Positions 39,405 through 48,632 of a stretch of 64,000 nt of DNA are shown here, one piece after another. The DNA lies in assembly GCA_045595395.1 (NCBI GenBank), contig JAZOAH010000016.1, positions 128,212 to 192,211 on the forward strand. The letters are read 5' to 3'. The notes below the pieces were generated by a model that was given only the letters and a program-made list of their open reading frames with translations, did not search any database and was not told the origin of the DNA. Numbering within the stretch: position 1 is the stretch's first letter; each line of letters opens with the position of its first letter. Both the position numbers and the translations under genes were made by a program. The stretch is from Eubacteriales bacterium (lineage in GTDB: Bacteria > Bacillota > Clostridia > Oscillospirales > UMGS1783).

Positions 39405-40232
39405 ATAGGCTCTGGGCGTAACACCCTTATAGCGTTTGAATACCTTACAGAAATAACTCAAGTCATTAAACCCGCTGTCATAAGCGGCACGGGTGATGGA
39501 GATCCCCTTGACCGAAATCTCATAAGCGGCGTTATCGATACGAAGCTCATTGATATAGTCGATGACCGTTTTGCCGGTATACTCCTTAAAAATGCGGCAC
39601 AGATACTTGGCACTCAGCCCCGACACCTCCGCCAGCATCTCAAGGGTAATGGGGTCGGCAAAATTCTCCTCGATCCAGTCCAGTAGCCCTGTCACCGTCT
39701 TGGCCTGTTGGTTGTGCTGTAACCGTTGCAAGGGGCGTATATAACCACCGCTGTACAGTTGCGACATAAGCCGAAACAGCAACCCACACACCGCCATCTC
39801 GTAATAAGGCGCCCCTTCCTTCATGGCAGCAAACAGTGCACGGCAGGTCTCCGCCACCTCACCATCCGCCAACGGCCGATCCAGCATCACGGCAGCATTG
39901 ATCAGCGGCGCAATATAGGTTTCCACCACATCCTTTCGCCCTCGCCTGAGCAGACTCAGATCAAAAACCAAACACTCGTAATAACACCCCTGCGGCTCCC
40001 CGCCATGCAGACTACCGCCCGGCACCAGCAGAATATCCCCCTTCTCCAAACGCATCTCGGTACTGTTGAGATAGATGGGAAACACCCCCTCCAGCACTCG
40101 AATGATCTCAAACTCCTTATGCCAATGCGGCACCATAATGTACTGCGGATGGCTGCTGTCCAAATTATAATATTGTATAGGAAAATCGGGCGCACCGTGC
40201 CGTTTTCGCTCAATATAATCGATGTATTTCAT
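39387..40232 (-). CDS. AraC-family transcriptional regulator (cupin sensor plus HTH)
   Basis: N-terminal cupin (HWHKEFEIIRV..GDILLVPGGSLHGG) and a C-terminal double HTH (LAEVSGLSAKYLCRIFKEYTG..AAYDSGFNDLSYFCKVFKRYKGVTPRAY). Divergent from fucI. Confidence 0.88.
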   Translation of the reverse strand: MKYIDYIERKRHGAPDFPIQYYNLDSSHPQYIMVPHWHKEFEIIRVLEGVFPIYLNSTEMRLEKGDILLVPGGSLHGGEPQGCYYECLVFDLSLLRRGRKDVVETYIAPLINAAVMLDRPLADGEVAETCRALFAAMKEGAPYYEMAVCGLLFRLMSQLYSGGYIRPLQRLQHNQQAKTVTGLLDWIEENFADPITLEMLAEVSGLSAKYLCRIFKEYTGKTVIDYINELRIDNAAYEISVKGISITRAAYDSGFNDLSYFCKVFKRYKGVTPRAYKKTES

Positions 40233-40345
40233 AAAAATCCCCCAAATAGTGAATATCGTTATAGTTTTTCCTGGTAATTATACAAGTATTATAACGATAT
40301 TCATACTATAATGCAATTAGAAAATAATTTTCGGAGGTAAAAATT

Positions 40346-42127
40346 ATGGCAAAATCAAGACTGATCGGCGATTACCCGGTCATTGGCATCCGCCCGACCA
40401 TCGACGGCCGTCGCGGCGCACTGGGTGTTCGTGAATCGCTGGAAGACCAGACCATGAACATGGCCAAGGCCGCCGCCAAGTTGTTTGAGGAAAACCTGAA
40501 ATACTCCAACGGTGAGCCGGTCAAGGTCGTCATTGCCGACACCACCATCGGCCGTGTGGCCGAAGCGGCCGCCTGCGCCGACAAATTCCGCAAGGCCGGT
40601 GTCGACATCACCCTGACCGTTACCCCCTGCTGGTGCTACGGTGCCGAAACCATGGATATGGACAAGGACACCATTAAGGCCGTTTGGGGCTTTAACGGTA
40701 CCGAGCGCCCCGGCGCTGTCTATCTGGCCTCGGTGCTGGCCACCCATGCCCAGAAAGGCCTGCCCGCCTTTGGCATCTACGGTCACGAAGTACAGGATCT
40801 GGACGATACCTCGATCCCCGATGACGTGCGTGAGAAGCTGCTGCGCTTCGGCCGTGCCGCTGTCGCCGCCGCCACCATGCGCGGCAAGTCCTATCTCCAG
40901 ATCGGCTCGATCTGCATGGGCATCGGCGGCTCGATCATCGACCCCAACTTTATTGAAGATTACTTAGGCATGCGTGTCGAATCGGTCGACGAGATCGAGA
41001 TCATCCGTCGCATGACCGAGGGCATCTATGATGAAGCCGAATTCCAAAAGGCTCTCAAATGGGCCAAGGAAAACTGCATCGAAAGCTTCGATAAGAACCC
41101 CGAGCACCTGCAGAAGACCCGTGAGCAGAAAGACGCCGATTGGGAGTTCGTTGTCAAGATGATGGTCATCATCAAGGATCTCATGAACGGCAACAACAAT
41201 CTGCCCAAGGGCTGCGAGGAAGAAATGGTCGGCCACAACGCCATCGCCGCCGGCTTCCAGGGGCAGCGTCAGTGGACCGACTTCTACCCCAACTGCGACT
41301 TCCCCGAGGCGATGCTCAACACCTCTTTTGACTGGAACGGCGCTCGTGAGCCCTACATTCTGGCCACCGAAAACGATGTTCTCAACGGTATCGGCATGCT
41401 CTTCGGCAAACTGCTGACCAACCGTGCCCAGATGTTCGCCGATGTCCGCACCTACTGGAGCGGCGACGCCATCAAGCGTGTGACCGGCTACGACATCGAA
41501 GGCAAGGCCAAGGACAGCGACGGTGTCATCCACCTGATCAACTCCGGTGCCTGCTGCCTGGATGCCAACGGCGCCGCCGACGGCCAGATCAAGCCCTGGT
41601 ATGAAGTAACCGAAGCCGATCAGAAGGCCATTATGGAAAACAGCACCTGGAACTATGCCGACCTCGGCTATTTCCGCGGCGGCGGCTATTCCTCCCGCTT
41701 TGAAACCAAGTGCGAGATGCCTGCCACCATGATCCGTCTTAATCTCGTCAAGGGCCTCGGCCCTGTCCTGCAGATCGCCGAAGGTTGGACGGTCGCCCTG
41801 CCCGAGCAGGTTTCCGACACCCTGTGGAAGCGTACCGACTATACCTGGCCCTGCACCTGGTTTGCCCCGCGCTGCACCGGCGAAGGCAACTTCAAGAGCG
41901 CCTATGATGTCATGAACTGCTGGGGTGCCAACCATGGCGCCATCTCGTATGGCCACATCGGCGCTGACCTGATCACCCTGTGCTCGATGCTGCGCATCCC
42001 CGTTTGCATGCACAACGTACCCGAGGATAAGATCTTCCGTCCCGCCGCCTGGAACGCCTTTGGCATGGATAAGGAAGCGGCCGATTACCGTGCCTGCGAA
42101 AACTTCGGACCCTGCTTTAAGAAATAA
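40346..42127 (+). CDS. fucI: L-fucose isomerase
   Basis: 593 aa and collinear with E. coli FucI as I recall it ([83 protein letters not shown]). Confidence 0.95.
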   Translation: MAKSRLIGDYPVIGIRPTIDGRRGALGVRESLEDQTMNMAKAAAKLFEENLKYSNGEPVKVVIADTTIGRVAEAAACADKFRKAGVDITLTVTPCWCYGAETMDMDKDTIKAVWGFNGTERPGAVYLASVLATHAQKGLPAFGIYGHEVQDLDDTSIPDDVREKLLRFGRAAVAAATMRGKSYLQIGSICMGIGGSIIDPNFIEDYLGMRVESVDEIEIIRRMTEGIYDEAEFQKALKWAKENCIESFDKNPEHLQKTREQKDADWEFVVKMMVIIKDLMNGNNNLPKGCEEEMVGHNAIAAGFQGQRQWTDFYPNCDFPEAMLNTSFDWNGAREPYILATENDVLNGIGMLFGKLLTNRAQMFADVRTYWSGDAIKRVTGYDIEGKAKDSDGVIHLINSGACCLDANGAADGQIKPWYEVTEADQKAIMENSTWNYADLGYFRGGGYSSRFETKCEMPATMIRLNLVKGLGPVLQIAEGWTVALPEQVSDTLWKRTDYTWPCTWFAPRCTGEGNFKSAYDVMNCWGANHGAISYGHIGADLITLCSMLRIPVCMHNVPEDKIFRPAAWNAFGMDKEAADYRACENFGPCFKK

Positions 42128-42138
42128 GGAGAATAGCA

Positions 42139-42822
42139 ATGACTTACATGGATATTCGTGAGCAGATATGCGATGTCTGCCACAAAATGTGGCAACTCGG
42201 CTGGGTTGCCGCCAACGACGGTAATGTGTCGGTCAAACTGCCCGACGGAAACTTTATGGCCACCCCCACCGGCATCTCCAAGAGTTTTATCACGCCCGAT
42301 AAGCTGGTCATCATCAACGATAAGGGCGAGGTCGTCGAAGGCAACGAAGGCTATAAGCCCTCTTCCGAGATCAAGATGCACCTGCGCTGCTATCAGGAGC
42401 GTGAAGATGTCGGCGCTGTGGTACATGCCCATCCGCCCACAGCAACCGGCTATGCCGTTGCCGGCAAAGCCATGGACGAGTATTCGATGATCGAAACGGT
42501 CATCGCCATCGGCTCGATCCCTCTGACCCCCTACGGCACGCCCAGCACCAACGAAGTGCCCGAGGCCATCACCCCCTACCTGAAGGAGCATGATGTCTTC
42601 CTGCTTCAGAACCACGGTGCCCTGGCGGTCGGCTGCGATCTGATCACAGCCTATTACCGTATGGAAACGCTGGAACTGTTTGCCAAGATCTCTCTCACCG
42701 CCCACCTGCTCGGCGGCGCTCAGGAGATCGAAAAGCCGCAGATCGACAAGCTGCTCTATCTGCGCGACAACTATTACAAAGTCACCGGCAAACATCCCGG
42801 CTACAAGCGCTACAACAAATAA
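42139..42822 (+). CDS. fucA: Class II aldolase, probably L-fuculose-1-phosphate aldolase
   Basis: GNVSVKL, TPTGISK, PSSEIKMH, AVVHAHPP and LLQNHGALAVG are the class II aldolase/adducin motifs; the context is directly after fucI. Confidence 0.8.
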   Translation: MTYMDIREQICDVCHKMWQLGWVAANDGNVSVKLPDGNFMATPTGISKSFITPDKLVIINDKGEVVEGNEGYKPSSEIKMHLRCYQEREDVGAVVHAHPPTATGYAVAGKAMDEYSMIETVIAIGSIPLTPYGTPSTNEVPEAITPYLKEHDVFLLQNHGALAVGCDLITAYYRMETLELFAKISLTAHLLGGAQEIEKPQIDKLLYLRDNYYKVTGKHPGYKRYNK

Positions 42823-42827
42823 TGCAA

Positions 42828-42858
42828 AAGAGGAATTGCCACGCAATTCCTCTTTTTC
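42828..42858 (+). terminator. Hairpin/terminator between fucA and the kinase gene
   Basis: aagaggaattgc-cac-gcaattcctctt forms a 12-bp stem followed by ttttt. It ends about 10 nt before the kinase RBS. Confidence 0.7.
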
Positions 42859-42880
42859 TAACTATTCGGAGGTATGATAT

Positions 42881-44395
42881 ATGACTGCTTATTTGGGTGT
42901 CGAACTGGGCTCGACCCGCATTAAGGCCGTGGCCATTGATGCCAACCATGCCCCGCTCAGCTCGGGCAGCTACCAATGGGCATCCCGCTATGAGAACAAC
43001 ATCTGGACCTATGATCTGGCTCAGGTTTGGGATGGGCTGAAATCCGCCCTAACCGACATTCAATATCGGGACAAGGTGTCCATGATGGGTATATCGGGCA
43101 TGATGCACGGTTACCTGGCCTTTGATGAGGATTGGAATCTGCTGGTCCCCTTCCGCACCTGGCAAAACACCATAACGGCGCAAGCGGCGGCAGAACTGAC
43201 CAATCTGTTCGGCTTCACCATCCCCCAGCGCTGGAGCATTGCCCATTTGTATCAGGCTATTCTTAATAAGGAAGACCATATAGGCAAAGTCGCTCATATT
43301 ACCACGCTGGCCGGTTATATCCATTATAAACTGACCGGTGTCAACGCCGTCGGCATCGGCGAGGCCTCGGGCATCTTCCCCATCGACAGCGCAACCCTGA
43401 CCTATGATGCGACCATGTTGGATCAGTTTGATAAGATCTCCGGCCTGTCGGTATCGGTACGCGAGCTGCTGCCCAAGGTGTTGGTAGCAGGCGAAACCGC
43501 CGGATCCTTGACCGAGGAGGGTGCCGCCCTGCTGGACGGTCTTCTCTCACCCGGCATCCCCTTTGCTCCGCCCGAGGGTGACGCAGGCACCGGCATGACG
43601 GCCACCAACGCCGTCGCCCCCCGCACCGGCAATGTGTCAGCCGGTACCTCGATCTTCTCCATGATCGTGCTGGAGCGGCCGCTGCGTCGAAATTATCCCG
43701 AGATCAGCCCCGTCACCACGCCGACCGGTGCGCCGGTAGCCATGGTCCATTGCACCAACGGTACCAACGATTCCAACGCCTGGTTCTCCCTGCTGGATGA
43801 AGCCGCCCGTCTGTTCGGTGCCCATCCCGGCGATGAACTTTATCCGAAACTCTATGAGAAGTCCCTGGAAGGAGATGCCGACTGCGGTCAGGTGCTGGTA
43901 TGCAACTATCTGTCCGGCGAATCGGTCACCCATGTCAACGCCGGCCGCCCGATGGTGGTGCGCCGTCCCGACAGCCGCTTTACCCTGGCCAATTTCCTGC
44001 GTGCCACCCTTTACAGCACCATGGCAACACTCAAGATCGGCATGGATATTTTGGCCGATGAGGGAGTGGCCATCGATTCACTGACCGGCCATGGCGGCCT
44101 GTTCAAAACGCCGGTGGTTGGTCAAAAATTCCTGGCCGCCGCCTGCAACGCACCCGTCACCTGTATGCAAACGGCCGGCGAAGGCGGCCCCTACGGCATG
44201 GCCCTGCTTGCCGCCTACGCCGCTCAAAAGAATGCGGGCGAACGCCTGGAGGACTATCTGAATGACCGTGTCTTTGGCAACACGCCGGGCAGCACCGTAA
44301 CGCCCGACCCGGCGGATGTGGCTGGATTTTCCGCCTATGTGCAACAGTTCCACCGCCTGCTTGAGGTAGAAAAGGAAGCCATAGACAAAATATAA
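42881..44395 (+). CDS. FGGY-family carbohydrate kinase (putative L-fuculokinase by context)
   Basis: An ASKHA kinase. N-terminus [17 protein letters not shown], and a C-terminal GHGGLF motif; 504 aa. Substrate is inferred only from the fucI-fucA neighbourhood. The sequence looks more xylulokinase-like than E. coli FucK-like. Confidence 0.7.
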   Translation: MTAYLGVELGSTRIKAVAIDANHAPLSSGSYQWASRYENNIWTYDLAQVWDGLKSALTDIQYRDKVSMMGISGMMHGYLAFDEDWNLLVPFRTWQNTITAQAAAELTNLFGFTIPQRWSIAHLYQAILNKEDHIGKVAHITTLAGYIHYKLTGVNAVGIGEASGIFPIDSATLTYDATMLDQFDKISGLSVSVRELLPKVLVAGETAGSLTEEGAALLDGLLSPGIPFAPPEGDAGTGMTATNAVAPRTGNVSAGTSIFSMIVLERPLRRNYPEISPVTTPTGAPVAMVHCTNGTNDSNAWFSLLDEAARLFGAHPGDELYPKLYEKSLEGDADCGQVLVCNYLSGESVTHVNAGRPMVVRRPDSRFTLANFLRATLYSTMATLKIGMDILADEGVAIDSLTGHGGLFKTPVVGQKFLAAACNAPVTCMQTAGEGGPYGMALLAAYAAQKNAGERLEDYLNDRVFGNTPGSTVTPDPADVAGFSAYVQQFHRLLEVEKEAIDKI

Positions 44396-44411
44396 TAACA
44401 CCATAACAAAA

Positions 44412-44440
44412 GTGGAGTGAGATCACTCCGCTTTTCTTTT
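44412..44440 (+). terminator. Intrinsic terminator of the fuc operon (overlaps the luxS 3' end)
   Basis: gtggagtg-agat-cactccgc followed by ttttctttt. Confidence 0.6.
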
Positions 44441-44902
44441 TGGATAGGTGAAATTTTTATCTTGGATGAGCGCCTTTTTGTATTTGGCGATGTAGTATTT
44501 GGCCATGGCCAGATTCTGCTCCGACCAGTTGCCGCACTCAACGGCGCTGGCGCCGGGGATATCCCCCTCATAATTCAGAATAAAATCGCACATCTGCAGG
44601 ACTCTGTCATAAACATCGGCCGAAGACAGATCCCCGAACATGACCAGGTAGCAGCCGGTACGGCAACCCATGGGACCGAAATAGACGACATCCTCCTTGT
44701 CGGGACAATTTCTCAGATAGGTAGCCCCCAAATGCTCCATGGTATGCAGCGCCGGCATATCCATGACCGGCTCTCGGTTGGGTGCGCATAGGCGCAGATC
44801 AAAGGTGGTGACGGTACAGTCCCCTTTCCGATCACGGCGAGATACATACAGCCCCGGCTGTAGTTGCAGATGATCAATGGTAAAACTGGCAATTCGTTCC
44901 AT
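44423..44902 (-). CDS. luxS: S-ribosylhomocysteine lyase
   Basis: FTIDHLQLQPGLYVSR.., metal site HTMEHL, GPMGCRTG; 159 aa. Confidence 0.95.
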   Translation of the reverse strand: MERIASFTIDHLQLQPGLYVSRRDRKGDCTVTTFDLRLCAPNREPVMDMPALHTMEHLGATYLRNCPDKEDVVYFGPMGCRTGCYLVMFGDLSSADVYDRVLQMCDFILNYEGDIPGASAVECGNWSEQNLAMAKYYIAKYKKALIQDKNFTYPKRKAE

Positions 44903-44952
44903 CGTTGCTTCCTCCTTTTAGTCACAGTATAGCACAAGGACCGTGAAAAGTA

Positions 44953-44988
44953 AAATAAAAAAGCGAGGTGAATATCACCTCGCTTTTT
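44953..44988 (-). terminator. Intrinsic terminator after the Zn-ADH gene
   Basis: gcgaggtga-ata-tcacctcgc forms a 9-11 bp stem with T-runs on both strands. Confidence 0.8.
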
Positions 44989-44997
44989 GTTGCTTGT

Positions 44998-46131
44998 TTA
45001 TTCCATTACGATGGCAATCTTAACGCCGGTAAGAGAAATGTTCTTCTCCATAGCATCAACATATTGCTCGAGCGGATAATGATCGGTAACCAGTTTGGAA
45101 ACAGGAATGGACATCTCACGAGCCTTCTTCAGGAAACCGAGAGTTTCGATATACTCATTAGCCGAGTACACCCAAGAGCCGACCAGCGTGATCTCCTTAT
45201 TGCACAGATCAAAGTGGGGGTTCATGGTGCATTCGCCGGCATTGACGAAGAAGCCCATCTCGCAGTAGCCGCCGCCGCGACGCACATACTTGTAAGCATC
45301 AGCAGCCGCCTGAGGAACACCGGTGCACTGGAAGACAAAGTCAGCACCGAAGCCGCCGGTCAATTCCTTCACCTTGGCTACTCGTTCTTCAATGGTCTTG
45401 AGTTCTCTGAAATTGATAACGGCGGTAGCGCCCATTTCCTTGGCAAGCGCCAAACGGGAATCTACTCCGTCAACCGCAATGATATTGACCACACCGGCCG
45501 CCTTGAGAACAGCGATCTGCATCAGGCCGATGGGGCCGCAGCCCTGCACCAATACGGTAGAGCCGAAATTGATGAGGTTAGTCGAGTTGGCACGGTTCCA
45601 AGCATGTACGCAAACGCAGGCCGGTTCGATGAGCATTCTCTCATCCACGCTCATGCCGTTGACTACGAAAATGGAGGAATTCTTGCGAACCAAAATATGC
45701 TCAGCAAACCAACCGTTGTTGTGATGCTCCTCATCATCTTCGATCAAGCCGTACACGCCCAGGCCTTCGCACAGGTTGGGCAATTCGGGATAGCGGCGGC
45801 AGTAATCACACTCACCGCAGAGCAGAACAGAGGTAACAACCTTGTCACCCACCTTAATGGGATCACCCTTGGTATCGACGGTAACGCCTTCACCGATGGC
45901 AACGACCTCACCTGTTCCCTCGTGACCGAGAACGATCTCCTTATAGCCGAACGGATTGTAACGATATTCATGGACGTCGGTGCCGCAAATGCCGCACCCC
46001 TCCACCTTAACAAGAATCTCACCCGGACCGGGAGTGGGGATTTCCACATCTCTGAGTTCGACGATAGCCTCACCTTCTACACCGTCAACAATTTTGGGCT
46101 TAACCAGATACGCTACTTTTGAGGTTGCCAT
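44998..46131 (-). CDS. Zinc-dependent medium-chain alcohol/polyol dehydrogenase
   Basis: CGICGTDVHEY, GHEGTGEVVAIGEGV, the structural zinc site CGECDYCRR, and the Rossmann motif VLVQGCGPIGL. Substrate not assignable. Confidence 0.85.
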   Translation of the reverse strand: MATSKVAYLVKPKIVDGVEGEAIVELRDVEIPTPGPGEILVKVEGCGICGTDVHEYRYNPFGYKEIVLGHEGTGEVVAIGEGVTVDTKGDPIKVGDKVVTSVLLCGECDYCRRYPELPNLCEGLGVYGLIEDDEEHHNNGWFAEHILVRKNSSIFVVNGMSVDERMLIEPACVCVHAWNRANSTNLINFGSTVLVQGCGPIGLMQIAVLKAAGVVNIIAVDGVDSRLALAKEMGATAVINFRELKTIEERVAKVKELTGGFGADFVFQCTGVPQAAADAYKYVRRGGGYCEMGFFVNAGECTMNPHFDLCNKEITLVGSWVYSANEYIETLGFLKKAREMSIPVSKLVTDHYPLEQYVDAMEKNISLTGVKIAIVME

Positions 46132-46217
46132 AGTTCATACGCTCCTTTTTCTTGTGATTTTAGCATATAGCTATTAATATTATACCAGCCATCAAGCCTA
46201 TTGTCAATTTCTTAACA

Positions 46218-46250
46218 CAAAAAAGCGGCAGACAACTGCGTGTCTGCCGT
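46218..46250 (-). terminator. Intrinsic terminator after divIC/ftsB
   Basis: gcggcagaca-actgcg-tgtctgccgt followed on the minus strand by tttttt. Confidence 0.8.
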
Positions 46251-46254
46251 ATTG

Positions 46255-46539
46255 TTATTTGCCTGTAATATTCACATAAACCTTTTCATCGCTTTCACCG
46301 TAACCCAACTGATCACGGGCGATGCCGGCGGCATACTCATCAATATCGCCGCTGTTGATAACATCCTTCAACTCCGCATTCTCATCGGTCTGCTGCTGAA
46401 TCATCTGCTCATACTGCTTGATCTGATCCAGTATTTTCTGCTGGCTGATATGAGAAGAAACAATGCCGACCACCAAAACCAGACAAGCCAAAAGGATAAC
46501 GCAGGTGCCGACAAATCGACCGTTGAGTTTTTTAATCAT
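46255..46539 (-). CDS. divIC: Septum formation initiator family protein (FtsB/DivIC)
   Basis: 94 aa with one TM helix, then a coiled coil (QQKILDQIKQYEQMIQQQTDENAELK) and the ..IARDQLGY.. motif. Conserved yabP-yabQ-divIC order. Confidence 0.8.
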   Translation of the reverse strand: MIKKLNGRFVGTCVILLACLVLVVGIVSSHISQQKILDQIKQYEQMIQQQTDENAELKDVINSGDIDEYAAGIARDQLGYGESDEKVYVNITGK

Positions 46540-47050
46540 GGCGCTTGTTCTTCCTTTCTATTTGCACATAAGCATATTTTGACCCTTCTATTATAGTATA
46601 TTTTTTGCGAAAATGGAAGAGTTTTTTGCGATTTTTTTGCCTTTTTTCCTTCTTTTTTTCGCCTTTTTGAGCCATTTTTTCACGAAATTTTGACCATATC
46701 CTGCGCAGCGGCGCCGATAATACCGCAAATGCCCGCCGGATCTTATCGGCCACCCTGCGCCATAGCCGGTAGAAAACACGCCCGAGTGTCATGTACCACA
46801 GTGCGGCACCGGCCGCCGCACAGCCAAAAATGTAGAGCCGGAGCACACCTGAATGAAAGGTAAACAGGAAGATGCTCATCAACAGTGCCGTAATGGAAAA
46901 GAAGAGCAGATCCTCAACAAAAACGGCCGCAACCGTTGGCCGAAAGAGCAGCCGCAGTACTCGGAACAGGTCATATAAGACCCCTACGGCCACGCCAAAC
47001 AGAGCCGCATAGCCCATGACGGCCAGTTCTTCTGTCAGCAGTTGCTCCAT
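46532..47050 (-). CDS. yabQ: Spore cortex biosynthesis protein YabQ (with a Lys/Arg-rich C-terminal extension)
   Basis: Four TM helices with the GVAVGVLYDLFRVLR motif typical of YabQ, directly after yabP. Confidence 0.8.
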   Translation of the reverse strand: MEQLLTEELAVMGYAALFGVAVGVLYDLFRVLRLLFRPTVAAVFVEDLLFFSITALLMSIFLFTFHSGVLRLYIFGCAAAGAALWYMTLGRVFYRLWRRVADKIRRAFAVLSAPLRRIWSKFREKMAQKGEKKKEKRQKNRKKLFHFRKKYTIIEGSKYAYVQIERKNKRHD

Positions 47051-47053
47051 ACC

Positions 47054-47338
47054 TTACCGAAACACCTTTGAGAAAAAGCCGCCGGCCTTCTTGCCTATGT
47101 CATCGGTATAGGACAGCGAGTAGATGTTGCCCTCCAGCGTCAATTCGCCCGAGTCGATGGAAAATTTATTGATATGCAGCTGTTCCCCGCGTATGGTCAG
47201 CATGCCCATCGCAGTAAAGATACACACCGTATTTTCATCAAAGCTATCCACATCCTCTACACCCGACGCCGAAAGCGCCGTGCGTCCTTCTAAAATGATG
47301 TTATGCAGTTTTGCAGGTCTGTTTTGTTCTTCATTCAC
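47054..47338 (-). CDS. yabP: Sporulation protein YabP
   Basis: HNIILEGRTALSASGVEDVDSFDENTVCIFTAMGMLTIRGEQLHINKFSIDSGELTLEGNIYSLSY matches the YabP family pattern; 94 aa. Confidence 0.9.
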   Translation of the reverse strand: MNEEQNRPAKLHNIILEGRTALSASGVEDVDSFDENTVCIFTAMGMLTIRGEQLHINKFSIDSGELTLEGNIYSLSYTDDIGKKAGGFFSKVFR

Positions 47339-47441
47339 CGTCTCCGCCTCCTTTCAATTTATAATATTCTTTACAAAAGGGGTTTATGCCGAGAACTTTT
47401 TGTGTTATACTGTTGAAAAGATCACTTTTACGGAGACTGGT

Positions 47442-48398
47442 ATGAATCTGACCGTAGGCGAATGCACCGAGAATCGGCTGAGCGATGCTCTGATCCTGGC
47501 TCGGCGCTGCTTTCAAAAAACAGAAGCACCCCTGCAGTCTCGGCGCGGCCGAGACACCTTTCTGCGCAGCATTTTGGGAGATAAGACCTGGCATGCGCAG
47601 GTCGAGCGGGGTGAGATGCGTCTGTTTGGCGCCTTTGACGGCGAGCACCTGTGCGGCTGCTGTTTGATGAAACAATCGCATATCCTGCATCTGTGCATCG
47701 AAAGCCGTTACCGCCGCAGCGACGCCGGGCCGTTGCTGCTGGATTATCTGCGCACCATCTGCCCCGACATGACCGCTTCCGTTTTGCTGACCGAAGCCGA
47801 ACTCTTCCGCACCTGCGGCTTTATTGAGGAGAAAACCGAAGAAGAAAACGGACTCAAGCGCATCCTCATGCGCAGCCAACCGACGGCCCTGACCCATGAG
47901 ATCTGGGATCTGCGTGACGAGGTCGGCGAGCCGACCGGCCGCTATGCCAGCCGTGACCAATACCGATCCTTACGTTCAGGCGAATATATGCTGGCGGTAC
48001 ATATCTTTCTCCACACCCCCGACGGCCGATTTTTGATCCAGAAACGGTCGATGAAAAAGGATGTTCTCCCAGGCATATGGGATATTACCGGCGGCGCCGC
48101 CAAGGTCGGCGAGGACGGCCGACAGGCCGCCATCCGTGAAACGAAGGAAGAGGTGGGGTTGTCCCTCTCCCCTGACCATCTGCACCTGGCCGCCCGACTT
48201 AAGCGTAAGCGCAGTTTTGTGGAACTATGGTTTGCCCGTCTTCCCATTGACCCCCGCACCTGTGTTCTGCAGGAGGGCGAGGTTGACGCCGTCAAGTTGG
48301 TCAGCAAGCGGGAGATGCTGAATCTGATCCAAAAAGCCAAGCATCGTGACGCCATCTACAAGCAGGCGGTCGCCAAAGTCATGAACGAGATAAAATAA
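47442..48398 (+). CDS. Two-domain protein: N-terminal GNAT-like acetyltransferase domain fused to a C-terminal NUDIX hydrolase
   Basis: Start set at ATG 47442 (GGAGA RBS); the track ORF from 47124 is antisense to yabP. The Nudix box is GGAAKVGEDGRQAAIRETKEEVGL (Gx5Ex7REUxEExGU). The N-terminal ~150 aa has a GNAT-like layout (..LHLCIESRYRRSDAGPLLLDYL..). Confidence 0.75.
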   Translation: MNLTVGECTENRLSDALILARRCFQKTEAPLQSRRGRDTFLRSILGDKTWHAQVERGEMRLFGAFDGEHLCGCCLMKQSHILHLCIESRYRRSDAGPLLLDYLRTICPDMTASVLLTEAELFRTCGFIEEKTEEENGLKRILMRSQPTALTHEIWDLRDEVGEPTGRYASRDQYRSLRSGEYMLAVHIFLHTPDGRFLIQKRSMKKDVLPGIWDITGGAAKVGEDGRQAAIRETKEEVGLSLSPDHLHLAARLKRKRSFVELWFARLPIDPRTCVLQEGEVDAVKLVSKREMLNLIQKAKHRDAIYKQAVAKVMNEIK

Positions 48399-48424
48399 AG
48401 GCATCCTTGCAGATGCCTTTTTTG
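48397..48424 (+). terminator. Intrinsic terminator
   Basis: aaggcatc-cttgca-gatgcctt followed by ttttt. Confidence 0.8.
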
Positions 48425-48460
48425 CTTATATGAGAATCGTGAAAAAAAGTGAATCAATAC

Positions 48461-48489
48461 TTGACAACCCCCCCATGATTTGCTATACT
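48461..48489 (+). promoter_or_regulatory. Sigma-A promoter of tRNA-Lys
   Basis: TTGACA-N17-TATACT with an extended -10 TG; the tRNA begins 15 nt downstream. Confidence 0.7.
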
Positions 48490-48503
48490 ATTTAGGCGCA
48501 AAT

Positions 48504-48579
48504 GACTCACTAGCTCAGGTGGTAGAGCATTTGACTTTTAATCAAAGGGTCCGGGGTTCGAGTCCCCGGTGAGTCACCA
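48504..48579 (+). tRNA. tRNA-Lys (anticodon UUU)
   Basis: Hand-folded: acceptor gactcac/gtgagtc, anticodon arm tttga-ctTTTaa-tcaaa, T arm cgggg-ttcgagt-ccccg. CCA is encoded. Confidence 0.95.
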
Positions 48580-48582
48580 AAA

Positions 48583-48618
48583 ATCGGCAAGTGTGTTTCA
48601 CGCTTGTCGATTTTTATT
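48583..48618 (+). terminator. Hairpin/terminator between tRNA-Lys and pcrA
   Basis: atcggcaagtgtg-ttt-cacgcttgtcgat forms a 13-bp stem (2 G-U pairs) followed by ttttatt. It ends 5 nt before the pcrA RBS (GGAGGAG). Confidence 0.65.
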
Positions 48619-48632
48619 CCCCGGAGGAGATT

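Noticed and set aside
40964-42846. Long minus-strand ORFs (391 aa and 253 aa) opposite fucI and fucA.
   Set aside because: They are antisense shadows of genes with strong homology-type evidence. Their composition is repetitive (G/A/V/D-rich) and they have no start signals.
44968-46122. A 384-aa plus-strand ORF overlapping the Zn-ADH gene.
   Set aside because: The minus-strand frame carries all the MDR dehydrogenase motifs (GHEGTGEV, CGECDYC, GCGPIG). The plus frame has none.
47124-47441. The N-terminal 106 codons of the 424-aa track ORF (47124..48398).
   Set aside because: This part is antisense to yabP and has no RBS. The ATG at 47442 has a GGAGA RBS and starts the GNAT-like domain.
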